From positions 868,001 to 932,000 of the forward strand of contig JADEYG010000009.1 in the NCBI GenBank assembly GCA_016906335.1: DNA of 64,000 nt, written 5' to 3'. A program made the position numbers and the translations under genes. The first letter of the stretch is position 1. Each line of letters begins with the position of its first letter. This document shows positions 19,684 to 31,810 of the stretch, in pieces. Under the pieces are notes generated by a model. That model saw nothing but the letters and a program-made list of their open reading frames with translations. It was not told the origin of the DNA and did not search any database. This DNA comes from Novakomyces olei (Eukaryota).

Positions 19684-22011
19684 CTAAACGGCCAGACCAA
19701 TGTGGCTTACAAACAGCTTACCCCAGCGCCTGCGCTTGGGTGCGCTCGCCAAAGGAGGAGTGCCTGGTTCCTGCAGCTTTGGGAGCGGTTTGTTCACGTC
19801 AGCCGAAGCCAGCCTTTGATGCCTGTTTCTCCGTGCGTTGTGGGCAGCAGGATTTTTCAGTGGCTCTGCCAGAGATGGATTGCGTGGAGCAGGCAGAGTA
19901 GAAGGCAGAGTAGAAGGCAGAGTAGAAGGCAGAGTAGAAGGCAGAGTAGAAGGTAAAGGAGCAGGCAGAGGAGCAGGCAGAGGAGAAGGTAAAGGAGCAG
20001 GCAGAGGAGCAGGCAGAGGAGAAGGCAGAGACGCACTAGAGGCCAGCTTTGAGACCGGCCGCTGCTCGTCCCGCTTCCCAGGTAGTGAAGGAGTTAAAAG
20101 AGCATTAGTACGAGGCCTTAGACTGCGGAACCTGTCTAGAGACTCCGGGTAGGCAAGCTGGCTCTGCGGAGAGCCATGCTCCACTCCTGCATCCCTCAGC
20201 AGTGGCCGATCGAGACCTTGAGCAATCTGCGGCTTTGCGACTCTATCGCCAGACGGCTCCACCGGACTCTGCGGCAGGGTCACGAGTGGCTCTTGAGTGT
20301 GAGCGAGAAAAGGAGCAGTGTCAAAGTACGCCAGTTCCCCGTCCGTGTGCAGAATAAAGAGGCCCGACTTTTCAGCGTTTGTGCTCGTTACTCCAGAGTG
20401 TAGGCTTACAATCTGCTTGCGGCCGCGGTAGCTGTAGAATACTTTATGGCTGCCGGCTTTGAGTTCCGTGTCGGCTTTGAGTTCCGTGTCGGCTTTGAGT
20501 TCCGTGTCGGCTTTAGGTTCCGACTCGGCTTCAGCCTGGCAGCTCTCTGTCGGCTGCGAGACCCGGTCCAGCGGCTCCAGCACCTTGTAGAGCGTCGACT
20601 TTCTCTGCAGGCCAGACGCTCCACAAGAGGCAAACGGAGGCGTCCACTGCAGCAAATCGAGCCCGCCGAGTCTGCTGTGCCTTTCAGCCGGCGGCAAAGG
20701 CAGCGGAGCTGCCTGTGGATGGAACCGCCCAGCGGCCCCGCGCAGCCGCTCACAGTCGATGACGCGAAGCTCTCCCGAAGCGGAGAGAGCTGCAAAGCAC
20801 GAGCGGCTCACACTGCTCCAGCAGAAATCGACCACTGGCTCTGCACACACTCTGACTTGGTCAAGCGGACAAGTAAGCTGCCGAGTATCGTAGATCCTGA
20901 CGTACCCGTCCCCACCAGCGGCCGCCAGCGTTGACCCGCCAAACGGGTTCCATGCTACTTTGAGCACTCTTGCGCCCTCAGTAGAAAATGTCAAATTGCC
21001 ACTGCCACTGACACTCCTGTTGCTGTTATTACTGCTCCTATTACTGTTATTGCTCCGTGTGTCTACAATGACGACACCGTCCTGAGCTCGGCCAATGCCG
21101 CCGACAGCCATAACGCTGCCTTGGCAGTGTACGCTCGTGAGCCGTGCGCCTGGACGCGGGTCGAGTTCCCGCGTCCACAGCGGAAGCTGTTCCGCTCCGC
21201 TCCACACGGAAGCAGTTCCCGCACACAGCGATACAAACTCGTTGTTGTTTCTACTACTGCCACTAATACTATTAAATTTAGGCGCCAATACAGACACGGG
21301 CCCCGTGTGGGCGGCTAACTTGGAGTGGTCATAGACGGCCACTACGCGCGGCAGCTCGCGAGCCATATCGAGCTGCTGTACAGATCCGCTGCCGTCGCCG
21401 AGGAGAAGTGTGTCCATTGCGCCGCCGAGGTAGAGCAGACTCGTGACTGCGTCCTTGCGCAGCAGAGCTTTTTGCTGCTCAAACACGGGAGCGCCTTTTC
21501 TGCCGCCCGCGCTATAAGCAAACAGCAGTTTTCCCGCTGCCATTGCCACTGCGCCCGTCGCCGCACTGATAGCCAACGCGTTAACTGCCGTCCGCGGCCG
21601 TCTCTCTGCTGACGCGTCTATTGACGCGTCAATAGATTCATCATTGGACGCGTGCGATTGGCTCTTGTATTTTCGAGAATTGATAGAGCTTTCATAACTG
21701 ATAGACTCTCTATCTTTAATAGACTCTCTATAGTCTGACTCTCTATCGTCTGACCCTCGAGAGGTATTAAAACCTGAGCTGCCTCCAAGTTTCCCGTCAG
21801 AATCCTGTTGAAAAAAGGGCAAACTGCTCTTGTCGCTGTTGGAGCTGTCGGCACTGCTTTCTCCACTCTCGCCGATACTCGCACCACACTGCCGCTCAAT
21901 TTCGTGGTACAGTAGCTCTTGTTCCCGTAACAGCGTTCGCGCGTTCCGCTCGCTGATTCGCTGCTCGAACCGAATTGACGGCCGCGGCCGTAACTTTACC
22001 GTCGCCGACAT
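19684..22011 (-). CDS. WD40-repeat protein with low-complexity termini, function unknown
   Basis: 775-aa ATG ORF. WD-like blades (VAWNPFGGSTLAAAGGDGYVRIYDTR, VVDFCWS); Pro-rich PSTL/PAPL repeats and (KADTEL)3. Confidence 0.75.
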   Translation of the reverse strand: MSATVKLRPRPSIRFEQRISERNARTLLREQELLYHEIERQCGASIGESGESSADSSNSDKSSLPFFQQDSDGKLGGSSGFNTSRGSDDRESDYRESIKDRESISYESSINSRKYKSQSHASNDESIDASIDASAERRPRTAVNALAISAATGAVAMAAGKLLFAYSAGGRKGAPVFEQQKALLRKDAVTSLLYLGGAMDTLLLGDGSGSVQQLDMARELPRVVAVYDHSKLAAHTGPVSVLAPKFNSISGSSRNNNEFVSLCAGTASVWSGAEQLPLWTRELDPRPGARLTSVHCQGSVMAVGGIGRAQDGVVIVDTRSNNSNRSSNNSNRSVSGSGNLTFSTEGARVLKVAWNPFGGSTLAAAGGDGYVRIYDTRQLTCPLDQVRVCAEPVVDFCWSSVSRSCFAALSASGELRVIDCERLRGAAGRFHPQAAPLPLPPAERHSRLGGLDLLQWTPPFASCGASGLQRKSTLYKVLEPLDRVSQPTESCQAEAESEPKADTELKADTELKADTELKAGSHKVFYSYRGRKQIVSLHSGVTSTNAEKSGLFILHTDGELAYFDTAPFLAHTQEPLVTLPQSPVEPSGDRVAKPQIAQGLDRPLLRDAGVEHGSPQSQLAYPESLDRFRSLRPRTNALLTPSLPGKRDEQRPVSKLASSASLPSPLPAPLPAPLPSPLPAPLPAPLPSTLPSTLPSTLPSTLPSTLPAPRNPSLAEPLKNPAAHNARRNRHQRLASADVNKPLPKLQEPGTPPLASAPKRRRWGKLFVSHIGLAV

Positions 22012-22119
22012 TGCTCACGTGTTTGCTCTCGGGCGCCATCGCGTCGCAGCGTTTGTAGATATATACACGCTTGCCAGCCACCTGCATGTGAAAATGGCGT
22101 CCACTGTTTAATAGTTGAT

Positions 22120-22210
22120 AATAATAGTAAATAATAGTAAATAATAGTAAATAATAGTAAATAATAGTAAATAATAGTAAATAATAGTAAATAATAGTAA
22201 ATAATAGTAA
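22120..22210. repeat. 10-bp tandem repeat (AATAATAGTA) ~9 copies in divergent promoter
   Basis: Directly visible. Confidence 0.95.
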
Positions 22211-22479
22211 TAGAGAATAAATGTCGAGAAATTGACTCTATATAACTCGTAATATTATCTCTTTCAAATAATCTGTCTACATGGGTATTTCTGTCTACAT
22301 TTTCTCATTGAATTCTATAAATTCTGTTGAGATAAAGGGCTGGAATTTGTTCTTTTGGTAAATTAAATGAATTAGAAACTCACGATTGTTTTAGCTGAAT
22401 CTCCGAAGGGTAATAAATAAATAAATAAATAAATAATTAATTAATTAATACTAAAAAACATGACGGCCACTGCGTCTTT

Positions 22480-25005
22480 ATGCTCCTTTATGACTGTTGC
22501 AAGTTGCTCGAGCGACTCGCCTCCGCGTCAAGCGCACAGTCGCGTAATGAGATCTTGCGGGCCGCAATATCAGCGGGCGTGATCGATTTACGCGACGCGT
22601 CGCAGGTAGTTGCCCTCGTAAACTGTCTGTGTCCGGACGCGTGTGTTGAGCGACGAGCGCGGTACAGACTGGGAGCAGACGCGTTGGCGCGTTTCATCGT
22701 ACAGTATTGGTGCCTTGGAGAGTGCCAGTCAGAGCGGCTCAGGAACTGGCGAAAAGAGTCTGTGTTTCCGAGGGCAGTAGAGGCAGTTGCCGGCCAAGTG
22801 TTCCCTAACGCCTGTGCTTCGCGATTGACATTGAAGCAGGTGGACGCGTGGCTCCGAAATGTTGGAGGGCAAAGCCGTAAAATGGCCGTCAGTGGAGGCC
22901 TTAACACTGGGCAGAGTGGCGACGAGAGGCAAAGCACACTGGCCAGCTGCCAGTGGGCGGAGACGGAAGGGCACGACTGCCACGACTGCCATGACTGCCA
23001 CGTCCTGGCAGGCGTAGATGATCGGGACGGCAGTCGTGCTCGGCCCGATACAGGTCCCGGTCGGCCCGATACAAGTGCCGGTCGGGCCGATACAGTGTCT
23101 GGAACGGAGCTGGAGCAGCTATTTAGCGTACACAATGCTCTCGAGGCCAAATGGATTACTTGGATGGTCCTGCGGTCAACGCTTATGCCGGTGGAGGCGG
23201 TCGTAGAGTGTATCGATGGGCGACTGTACGACGCCTATCGCAGCGGTATCGCCAGTGTGTCTGTAATGCTGAAACGGACAAATCAAGAACAAGGACAGCA
23301 GGCAGGCGACAGGAAAGGTAAAAGAAAAAGAGACAATATTCCCACTCAAACGCCGCCTTTAAGCACTGCAAATTGGCCTTGTTCAATTACAAATGGACCT
23401 GCAATAGGCACACCTCTACCCGTCCCTGAATGCATTAAAGGCAGGAACCTTTGCTCGTTAAACCAGGCCTTTGCCGCCGACGTAAAGTACGATGGTGAAC
23501 GGATGGAGATTCATTTTAGCCCCACTGAATTTTGTATTTTTTCAAAAAGCCTTCGTAACAGTACACAGGACAGAGCGGCTATAGTGCCCGTGCTGCAGGA
23601 TTTCTTGCGGAGAAACGTCTTTGTCAGCAGCGTGATATTGCACGCAGAATTAGTGGCGTGGGACCAGACGAAGGAGCGTGTTGCCCCGTTTTCCTTTATT
23701 CAAGATTTAGTACGTGGCGGAAAAGGCCGGACGGGTGTGTGCTTGAACGCTGTTCTTTTTGACTGTGTTTATTTGAACGGAAAGAGCCTTTTAACAGAGC
23801 CGTGGCAGCACAGGCGAAGAGTCTTGGAGCAATTGTATTGTCACGGACCCAGTACAATGCGTATTTCGCTCTCGCAAAACCGTATTTTCGATGCATTGCA
23901 AGACTATACTGCTTACTTTGCTGCAATCACAGCTCAACAGCACGAAGGGCTTATTCTTAAACCATTAGCATCCGAGTATGGAGCAGGCTGGGTCAAAGTC
24001 AAGCGGGATTATATTCCCGGCATTGGTGATTCTGTCGATCTTTTCTTGGTCGGAGGCTATTGCGATCAGGAACGGGCGGCAGAACGAAAAACTGGAAAAT
24101 TATTGAATACATTCTTGCTTGCATGCCACACTGGAACAGGGGCCCTTTTTGTTATTGCCTCTACTTGCTACGGTCTGCCGAACGACGTGGTTACAAGATT
24201 GCACGCCGAGTTTGCTCCCTTTTATATTCCTGCCGTCCCGCGAGAATCAGATCTGATAAGATCTGATAAGATTAGATTTGACAAGCAAATCAGATCTGAT
24301 AAGATAAGATTGGAGCCGACTTTGGAAAGACACGATTCGATAAGGACAGACTTTTACGAGTGCCGACTGCCTAAGCAAAGGGAGGCAGTGCTGTTCAATG
24401 TGCCGTTAGAACGGCTTGCAATTGCTGATGTTTATGGCGCCGGCTTCACTTATTCCCGTTCACAAGGATTGTATACTCTCCGTTTTCCTCGAATAGCTAA
24501 ATTGCACACAGACGGCCGTTCATGGACGACTGCTGTACCTACTCTGCAAAGTATACAGGACCAAGCACGGAAAGCCTTGTCCCACCCGGAAACTGCTGCA
24601 GAAATGACGGAACGCATATCGTACTGGACGCACCGATTAGAGGGAGGCAAAGGTCGGAAAACGACCATATACCGATACTTTGCTTTCCGACTGAATGCGG
24701 ATGATTTGGCTCGACTAAGTGCTGTTTTAAAAGAGGACATAATGCATTTTGATTTGGTACAGGACTTGCTGGTCTATATAGAAAAAAACAGCAATTGTCT
24801 ACATTTTCCACTTTCCTTGTTCGCAGAAGTACGGATGCGTGGCTGCACTCGAGCCTTGATTAGAGCATTAGCTCTCTTGAGGCGAAAGCTTGAGTTAAGT
24901 CAAACATTCTGGGCCTCAGTCTATGTCTATGACCATCGAATTCGAGATCCTTTCGCCTTGAAGATACCAGAGATGCGGAACCCGTTTCTTGTTTGCGTTA
25001 TTTAA
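22480..25005 (+). CDS. ATP-dependent DNA ligase family protein, Adl1-like, no BRCT domain visible
   Basis: Nucleotidyltransferase motifs in order: I KYDGER, Ia FSKSLRNSTQDR, III LHAELV, IIIa VLFDCV, IV EGLILK, V WVKVKRDYI, VI LRFPR. Confidence 0.85.
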   Translation: MLLYDCCKLLERLASASSAQSRNEILRAAISAGVIDLRDASQVVALVNCLCPDACVERRARYRLGADALARFIVQYWCLGECQSERLRNWRKESVFPRAVEAVAGQVFPNACASRLTLKQVDAWLRNVGGQSRKMAVSGGLNTGQSGDERQSTLASCQWAETEGHDCHDCHDCHVLAGVDDRDGSRARPDTGPGRPDTSAGRADTVSGTELEQLFSVHNALEAKWITWMVLRSTLMPVEAVVECIDGRLYDAYRSGIASVSVMLKRTNQEQGQQAGDRKGKRKRDNIPTQTPPLSTANWPCSITNGPAIGTPLPVPECIKGRNLCSLNQAFAADVKYDGERMEIHFSPTEFCIFSKSLRNSTQDRAAIVPVLQDFLRRNVFVSSVILHAELVAWDQTKERVAPFSFIQDLVRGGKGRTGVCLNAVLFDCVYLNGKSLLTEPWQHRRRVLEQLYCHGPSTMRISLSQNRIFDALQDYTAYFAAITAQQHEGLILKPLASEYGAGWVKVKRDYIPGIGDSVDLFLVGGYCDQERAAERKTGKLLNTFLLACHTGTGALFVIASTCYGLPNDVVTRLHAEFAPFYIPAVPRESDLIRSDKIRFDKQIRSDKIRLEPTLERHDSIRTDFYECRLPKQREAVLFNVPLERLAIADVYGAGFTYSRSQGLYTLRFPRIAKLHTDGRSWTTAVPTLQSIQDQARKALSHPETAAEMTERISYWTHRLEGGKGRKTTIYRYFAFRLNADDLARLSAVLKEDIMHFDLVQDLLVYIEKNSNCLHFPLSLFAEVRMRGCTRALIRALALLRRKLELSQTFWASVYVYDHRIRDPFALKIPEMRNPFLVCVI

Positions 25006-25475
25006 CTAGTACTATGGGCGTACGCCAATTGAGTAATGGATGTTTAGAACTTTTGGTGTAAAAAGACTATAATTAAAAGCATGAAGAATGTTTGGATTGA
25101 AGTTGATGTTATTAATTTACTTGTAGGCCGAAAAAAACATTTGGGGAGGAAAAAGTAAAATTTAATAAAAAAAAAGTGCTTGGACCGTAGAGTGTGGAAA
25201 TGGGTTAATGTAAGATCGGAATTGAAATGAAATGTTGAAAATTAAATTATTAATATATAGTATAATATAAGGCTAAATCCAATGGAAATCAAAACTCTCT
25301 TTAACACGTATTCGACGTCTGTATAGCGCGACGGCAATAGCTTAGTATAGACTATCGAGCAGAACCCATTATGGAGAAACCTTATTGGCCCTTAGCATAA
25401 AAAGACTAATCGGGACCGGATAGAAGCGGTATCAGCATAGAAGAAAAGGAGCTTTAAAAAGGCAGCCAAACATTT

Positions 25476-28204
25476 TCAAACATTGCTCACTATCTCTTGT
25501 GCTTGAGTGAGAGATTCCACCATACGCTGGCACTCTTTCCGGCGCTGGACCGTATACTCACTCTCTTTGAGCAAATCATCCAAAATGTCCTGGCGATACA
25601 TCTTTTCCAATAGCTCTCGCTGCATATGCTCTCGTGAATAAATAACCAAATTTAGCATAATTGCCTTTGGCACCATGTCGATCATCGTACGTTTCACGAT
25701 ATTGTAATACGAAGAAATGAGCAATTCTAATCATTGTTAGTGGGCTGAAAGACTAGGCAAAACGGTGAAACAGTATATAGTGAGTAAAAATGAAGAGTCA
25801 AAGAGTAAAGAGTAAACGAGTAAAGAGTAAAAGAGTAAAGAGTAAACGAGTAAACGAGTAAAGAGTCAAAGAGTCCTCTTACTTATAACTTCAATCTCCA
25901 TTGCCTCACGCTCAGAAAGAGTTCCAGAAGCCCGCAAAACAGGAGGAGGCGGTTCCATTGCCGCCATTTTCTTTTTGTTTTTTGAGGCGAAAAAGCTTCC
26001 AAAAAATCCAGTATCCTGTGTATTGTCTAAAGATTGCGATGTCTGCTGCTGGATAGGCAAAGGCTTTCCCGTCTTTGGGTCGACTTGGACTGGCCGGCTT
26101 GCTTGAGTACGCTCTTCTACGATAGCCATAGCCTTGTTATGATTAGTCAAGGAAAATCATTTAGCCTTACCCTTTGGCCGCTCAAAAAATCGGGATGGCC
26201 TGTGTTTATATAGCATGATTCAGCCCTAAAATCAGATTAGAAGAAGATTATTCAATAGAAACCAATGCCATTAGAATAGCCAGTAATTAAACTAAACCAT
26301 TGAAAAAAAATAATTTTTTGTGATTGGTCTTTGACTTTTGAGGAGGAAAAATGCTATTCAAACTTACGCAACAAGATCGGACACGAGTTTATTAGCCGGC
26401 TCCATTGCACTTTTGTAGAAAGAAATAACAACTTTGTGAAATTCTTCGCGCAGAGCAGGATAACGCTTGAACAACTAAAAATTAGAAATCAACCATACTT
26501 TCATTGGCTTGTTTTCTATTTTTTTTTTTTTTTTCATGTTTAATGCTTACCGGCTTGCTGAGCAACTGTGACAAGATTCGAACCAGTTCATCGTACGTCA
26601 GGGAGACACATTTGAGACTCGGGTCTTCGAACCGTTTAATCTGCTGTTTTACAATCAACTCAAAAGCCGCTGTTCCTACAAAAAGCGCAGGAGCAGAGCC
26701 AGACGAGTTGTATAGGATTGTGCGAATGTCGATATCTTTAACCTGATCAAACGGATCAACAGCCTTCACACCGTTCGCATAGAGTTCATGAAACACAAAA
26801 GCAATACGAGCGCCACCGGACAGTTCCATACTCGAAAGATCTTGGCTGTTGCCATCGAGTATGGTACGAAACTCGTTGCAAAACTCGGTGATAATGTTCA
26901 AAACAATGTTGGAACTGCTGCCGAGCAGTGATCCGCCCAGGGACGCAAGCTCAGCCTGATACTTTTGCAGCATTGCATTGATTCGTGCCTTAATCTCGGG
27001 GAGAGTATTGCGAATATGATGCATGAGAATCGTATTCAGTTTTTTGGCCAAATAAGGTGTCCCACAGTACTGAGACTTGGAGCGGTAGGAAGGATGCTCT
27101 TCAAAGTACTTGCGCTCATTGTCCAAAGCATCGCGAATAGATTTCTTGTTTTCTATATCACGCTGACCCCGATTGATTACCGGTACGTATCCCAACCGCA
27201 GGGGAATCACGCGGCCGGCCAAGACCTCCACCACGTCTGTACCGGCATCCATCAGATCAACTTTAGTCAAAACACCAACGGTGCGACTGCCTTCAGGATC
27301 GACTTCTCGAGCGAGCTTTAAACCATCAGAATTTGCCAGATCCGTATTAGCTGCAGTCACAGCGAGAATGATAGCATTAGGCTTTGTGATATACTTCAAA
27401 ATCATTTCACGAATCTGCCGCTCTATATCTTTAGGCTGATCACCAATAGGGACTTTGGTCAGACCCGGCAGGTCGACCAAAGTCAGTGTCAAAACGTGAG
27501 GCGAAAAGATACGTAGATTGATCGGGACGGCACTAATTCCCACATTCTTTCCCGTCTTGGCTTCCGTCTCGGCCACGATTTCTTCACGGATTTTATTGAA
27601 ATCAAAAAACTTCACGCCCGGTTTGTGGAGAAACTCGCCCCACTCGTCTGCATTAGCGGCACTGTCGCCTGATTTAGCGTTTTCCGCATGTTCTCCATTC
27701 ACTTTGTGCTCCGTCGCGGGCCGATTAATTAATTGCAGCACCTGTGAATGTTAGAGATTAGACGCGGTAGAGAAAGGAGGTGGATTGAGTATGGATACAG
27801 CAGCCACGGCGCTGATATTAGACGGCAAAGCAAGAGACGCTCTTCAACAGCGGTCGCTTTAAACTTTCCAGTATATTGTTCCAAGTATATTGTAGTGCCA
27901 CGAATCCACTCGATACACTGTACGCAACACTTACCAAAGGGCGCCGAGTGACAATTCCCGTTCCTACAAGATTAGAATAACACATTGCAGTATAACGAAC
28001 CGCGGGGCAAGAAATCGCGTCCAACGATATTCTCCAGAACCGAGGATTTGCCGCTTGATTGTGAGCCGACCACCTTGACCGTCAGTTGCAGCTTTTATAC
28101 AATTTGCATACAGTTATTTGGGGCAAATCTATCGGGTTTTGAACGCCAACAGCAGTAAACGCATCCTGCAGCCTGTTGATGGTCTTGATCAGATGCGGAT
28201 CCAT
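25476..28204 (-). CDS. VPS1: Dynamin-like GTPase Vps1, multi-exon
   Basis: [16 protein letters not shown]...[65 protein letters not shown]. Introns include 28111-28074, 28000-27964, 27934-27742 and further ones between ~26550 and ~25726. Confidence 0.95.
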
Positions 28205-28825
28205 CTCGCCTACTAAAAAGATTAGTATTGCATTGCTCTGGCTGACGAGATCGAAGCTTTTGCCGCCAAAATCCCGACTCGACTTACACCTATATTGGCT
28301 TCGTGTCTACCGGATCATGCAGCAAACAAAGAGATGGAAGAATAATATAAGGGAAATTGTATGTACAACGTGCTCTTGTACGCGCAATATGCTTATTATA
28401 CGTACAGTTAGGGTTAAAGCACTATATTTATAAAGCTGTACATTATAGAGGCTACATTGTAAAGTAGTACTAAAGATACGGATCTCTGCCTCGTACATAC
28501 AATACTTTGTATACATTACAGAGGTAAACGATGGCTCAAATTGTACGCGATTATTGTTTATTTACAGGCCGATAAGCTCGCTACGCGTCCGTCCATAGGC
28601 AAATAGAGCCGTAGCCACAAGTTAATTCGCAACGATTTGACTCTGATCAAACTGCCTTTGTGGAATATCCTTCTTCGCTTTGAAACCGCGTCATTATTAT
28701 TCATTTTAAACTCGTAATACACGTTATACTAGTTGTATTATCCAGTGTAATTTCATAATCTTGAGCTGTCGAAGCTCTACCAAGAAACTTTGGGTTTAAA
28801 CATACCATGAGCTTTGCATGCGCCA

Positions 28826-30665
28826 ATGCTGAACCATTCGAGCAACTATCGGCTGCTCAATAAACTGGGCGAAGGCTCGTTTGGAGTCGTATACAAAGGT
28901 GCGGCTATCACTGCAAGCAAACACTAAGTCTATAAGCGCGCCGTAAAGATGGAGAGGTCTGTGCAATTAAACGAGTAAGCTGCTGACGTTCCTCGAATGA
29001 ATGCTTATCTTTGTCGAGATCAACTTGGAAGCTTCTGATGACGAGATGATCGATTTCATGAAGGAGATTTCCGTTATGAAATTGTCGCATTCTGAATTCA
29101 TCGTTCGCTATTTCGAGAGCTTTGCGAACGCTCATGAACTTTGGATCGGTAAGACAGAGCATTTCGCTTTTTCGATAGACAAGATTAGGCTCTCAGCTAA
29201 AATCACTAACAAAAGTCATGGAATACATGAATGCCGGCTCAGTTGCAGACCTTGTAAGCTAAATGAATCTCTTAAGGCTTGTCTAATGCTCTCAGATAAG
29301 GACCAAGCCTCTGTCTGAACGGATGATAGCTCTAGTATTAAAATGCATGCTGCTGGGTCTCGATAGCCTTCATTCTGACGGAAAGGTACACAGATTTCAT
29401 GGACAATCTCCATGCTTTGCTATACGGAGACTAATGCCCAAGATTCATCGTGATATAAAAGGCGGAAACGTTTTACTCTCTAAAAGAGGCTCCGTGAAAC
29501 TGGGTATATACCTGTTTTTATTCTGCAGTTTTCTAATTACAGCCGATTTCGGTGTCTCTAGTCAAGTTTCCGACGGCAATGACCGCTCTTGGGCCGGCAC
29601 ACCTGTAAGGAAACCAATATATGTTCTATTTGAAACTCTTTCTTACCATGTTTCCTGACAGTTTTGGATGGCGCCCGAGATTATTGATCAGATTGGCCAT
29701 GATTCACGGGCTGACATATGGTCTCTTGGCATCACAGCCATAGAAATGGCAACGGGAAAGCCACCCGGGGCTGGTAAGCCTCCATTACAAGTTATGCGTC
29801 AAATTTCCCGGCTGCCAGCTCCGAAATTGCCTGCCGGATACTCTATTGAATTTCAGGACTTTGTAAAACAAGCTCTTACGAAGGATTTCAATCTACGGCC
29901 CACTGCAAAGCATTTATTATCTCACAAATTTATCGGTCTAGCAGCCAGCACTTTTGAATTTTCCCAGTTTATTGTTTCTACATCAGGCGCAAACTCGCTA
30001 GTTGGAACAGAGTACTCTGGCACAGTGTACGTAAAATTCTTACTTTTGTTTCGCCGATTTTGGGTCTTGTCTTGAAGCTGTTATTCCTCCTTTTCCTCTA
30101 TTATTTCGTTACTAATAAAAGTGTGTCTGCCATGCCGGACGATTATGCTTCAATGTGGTCATTTGGAACTATGAACACAATTTCTCATAAAAAGGGCCAA
30201 GCTACTTTACGGTCTGGAACTACAGCGTTACAGACGGGAGAAGAATCATTAAAATCTGAAAGCCAAACAATACGATCAAAGCCTCGTCGGCAGGCGGCTG
30301 CGCCTACTGTTATGCTCCCCGATTTACCCGCTTATCAAGCTGCCTCTGGAGACAGTCCCCAACACAATTCTGAATTGCTAGAGCAAATTGCTCGTCTAGA
30401 TCCAAGCAATAGCGATATACAGCGGATTTCTCAGTCACTAGAGCGATTACTCGTTGATGATCCATCAAAAGCGGCTCACGTAGTTGGTTTACTGCATCAA
30501 TTAAAAGCTATACCGCAACAAGCACCAATTTTCCAGCAGGCTTTGGATATTGAAAGAGCTGCTGAAATTGTACGCAAAGCACTGGGTATGAATAACGTGG
30601 ACAATATAACGCGAATGTTATTGCCTCAGTGTATGGGGCAGTTGAGTGACCGGTGGGTGGTTTAA
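28826..30665 (+). CDS. STE20/GCK-family Ser/Thr kinase (Sid1/Sps1-like), about 9 exons
   Basis: Spliced: [62 protein letters not shown]. About eight short introns. Confidence 0.85.
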
Positions 30666-30931
30666 ATGTACATGGATTGGGTTTGTATGATACACAAGAG
30701 TCAAAGCTGATTGATAAACAAGCAAATTGGCAGATAATAATATTGAATGATTAATTGTGAATTATTACAGCAAAAGGTTAGAGTCAGTGTTGGGTCTACA
30801 GAATCATAAAATATACACACGCGATGCATGTTTTCCATTTTAGCATGTAAACTATATTGCAGAGGCTGTCATACTCTAACCTTCTCCGCGTGTAAAAGCT
30901 ATCAATGACGAGGCAAGGGCATATCTACGTG

Positions 30932-31810
30932 CTACCTTTTCCCATGAATCAAAGTCAAAAACTCCTCTCGCGTCTTGCTGCGGCCACGAAAACAGCCGAG
31001 CATAGCACTCGTTACCGTCATACTGCCCGGTTTCTGTACCCCTCGCATCACCATACATAAATGACTCGCTTCCATTACGACAGCAACACCTTGTGGTTTT
31101 AGCACTTCTTGTATGGCCGTGGCCACCTGCTTTGTAAGCCGCTCTTGTACTTGTAATCGCCGGGAAAACATTTCGGCGATACGAGCCAGTTTAGATAGGC
31201 CCAATACCCGTTTCCGCGGGATGTAGCCAATATGCATTTTGCCGGTAAAAGGCACTAAATGATGTTCACACATACTAAATACGTCAATGTCCCGAACGAT
31301 TACCATTTCATCGTGATCCTCCTCGAAAACGGCATTATTAACAATATCATGCATACTCTCCTCATAGCCTTTAGTTAAAAACAATAAAGCTTTAGCGTAA
31401 CGATCTGGTGTAGACAGTAATCCTTGACGGGAAGGATCTTCGCCAATACACTCGAGGACTGTACGAACCGCACCGGACAAACGCGCGAGCCGTGCTTCAT
31501 GTGATTTTTCATCGTCTAATAATCGTTCACGAGCTCCAATACTGGGCCAAGATAATCCGTCCAAGTCTACGCTTGGTGTGACCTCCCTATTGCTGCCATC
31601 AAGACCACCATCGACTCTGTCTTGAGTGTCATTGGGCTCGTCTTCAATGGCAGACTGATCGTGCTGTGGATGATGCTTCTCGCCGTGAGCGAAATTAGTG
31701 CCCTGATCACGCGAGCCTCGCAATTCTTCAGTGAGAGAAAGCCGCTTTAAATGTGACGAGGCAGAGCTGCGACGGGCCGCCAGCATCTGCGCCTCGTCCG
31801 TATTGCTCAT
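30932..31810 (-). CDS. FOL2: GTP cyclohydrolase I
   Basis: [55 protein letters not shown]. First ATG 31810; a probable 3' splice site at 31852-31854 suggests an upstream exon. Confidence 0.95.
   Translation of the reverse strand: MSNTDEAQMLAARRSSASSHLKRLSLTEELRGSRDQGTNFAHGEKHHPQHDQSAIEDEPNDTQDRVDGGLDGSNREVTPSVDLDGLSWPSIGARERLLDDEKSHEARLARLSGAVRTVLECIGEDPSRQGLLSTPDRYAKALLFLTKGYEESMHDIVNNAVFEEDHDEMVIVRDIDVFSMCEHHLVPFTGKMHIGYIPRKRVLGLSKLARIAEMFSRRLQVQERLTKQVATAIQEVLKPQGVAVVMEASHLCMVMRGVQKPGSMTVTSAMLGCFRGRSKTREEFLTLIHGKR

Noticed and set aside
19838-20152. Antisense ORF with (VEGR)n/(GAGR)n repeats
   Set aside because: Reverse complement of the Pro-rich coding repeat of the WD40 gene.
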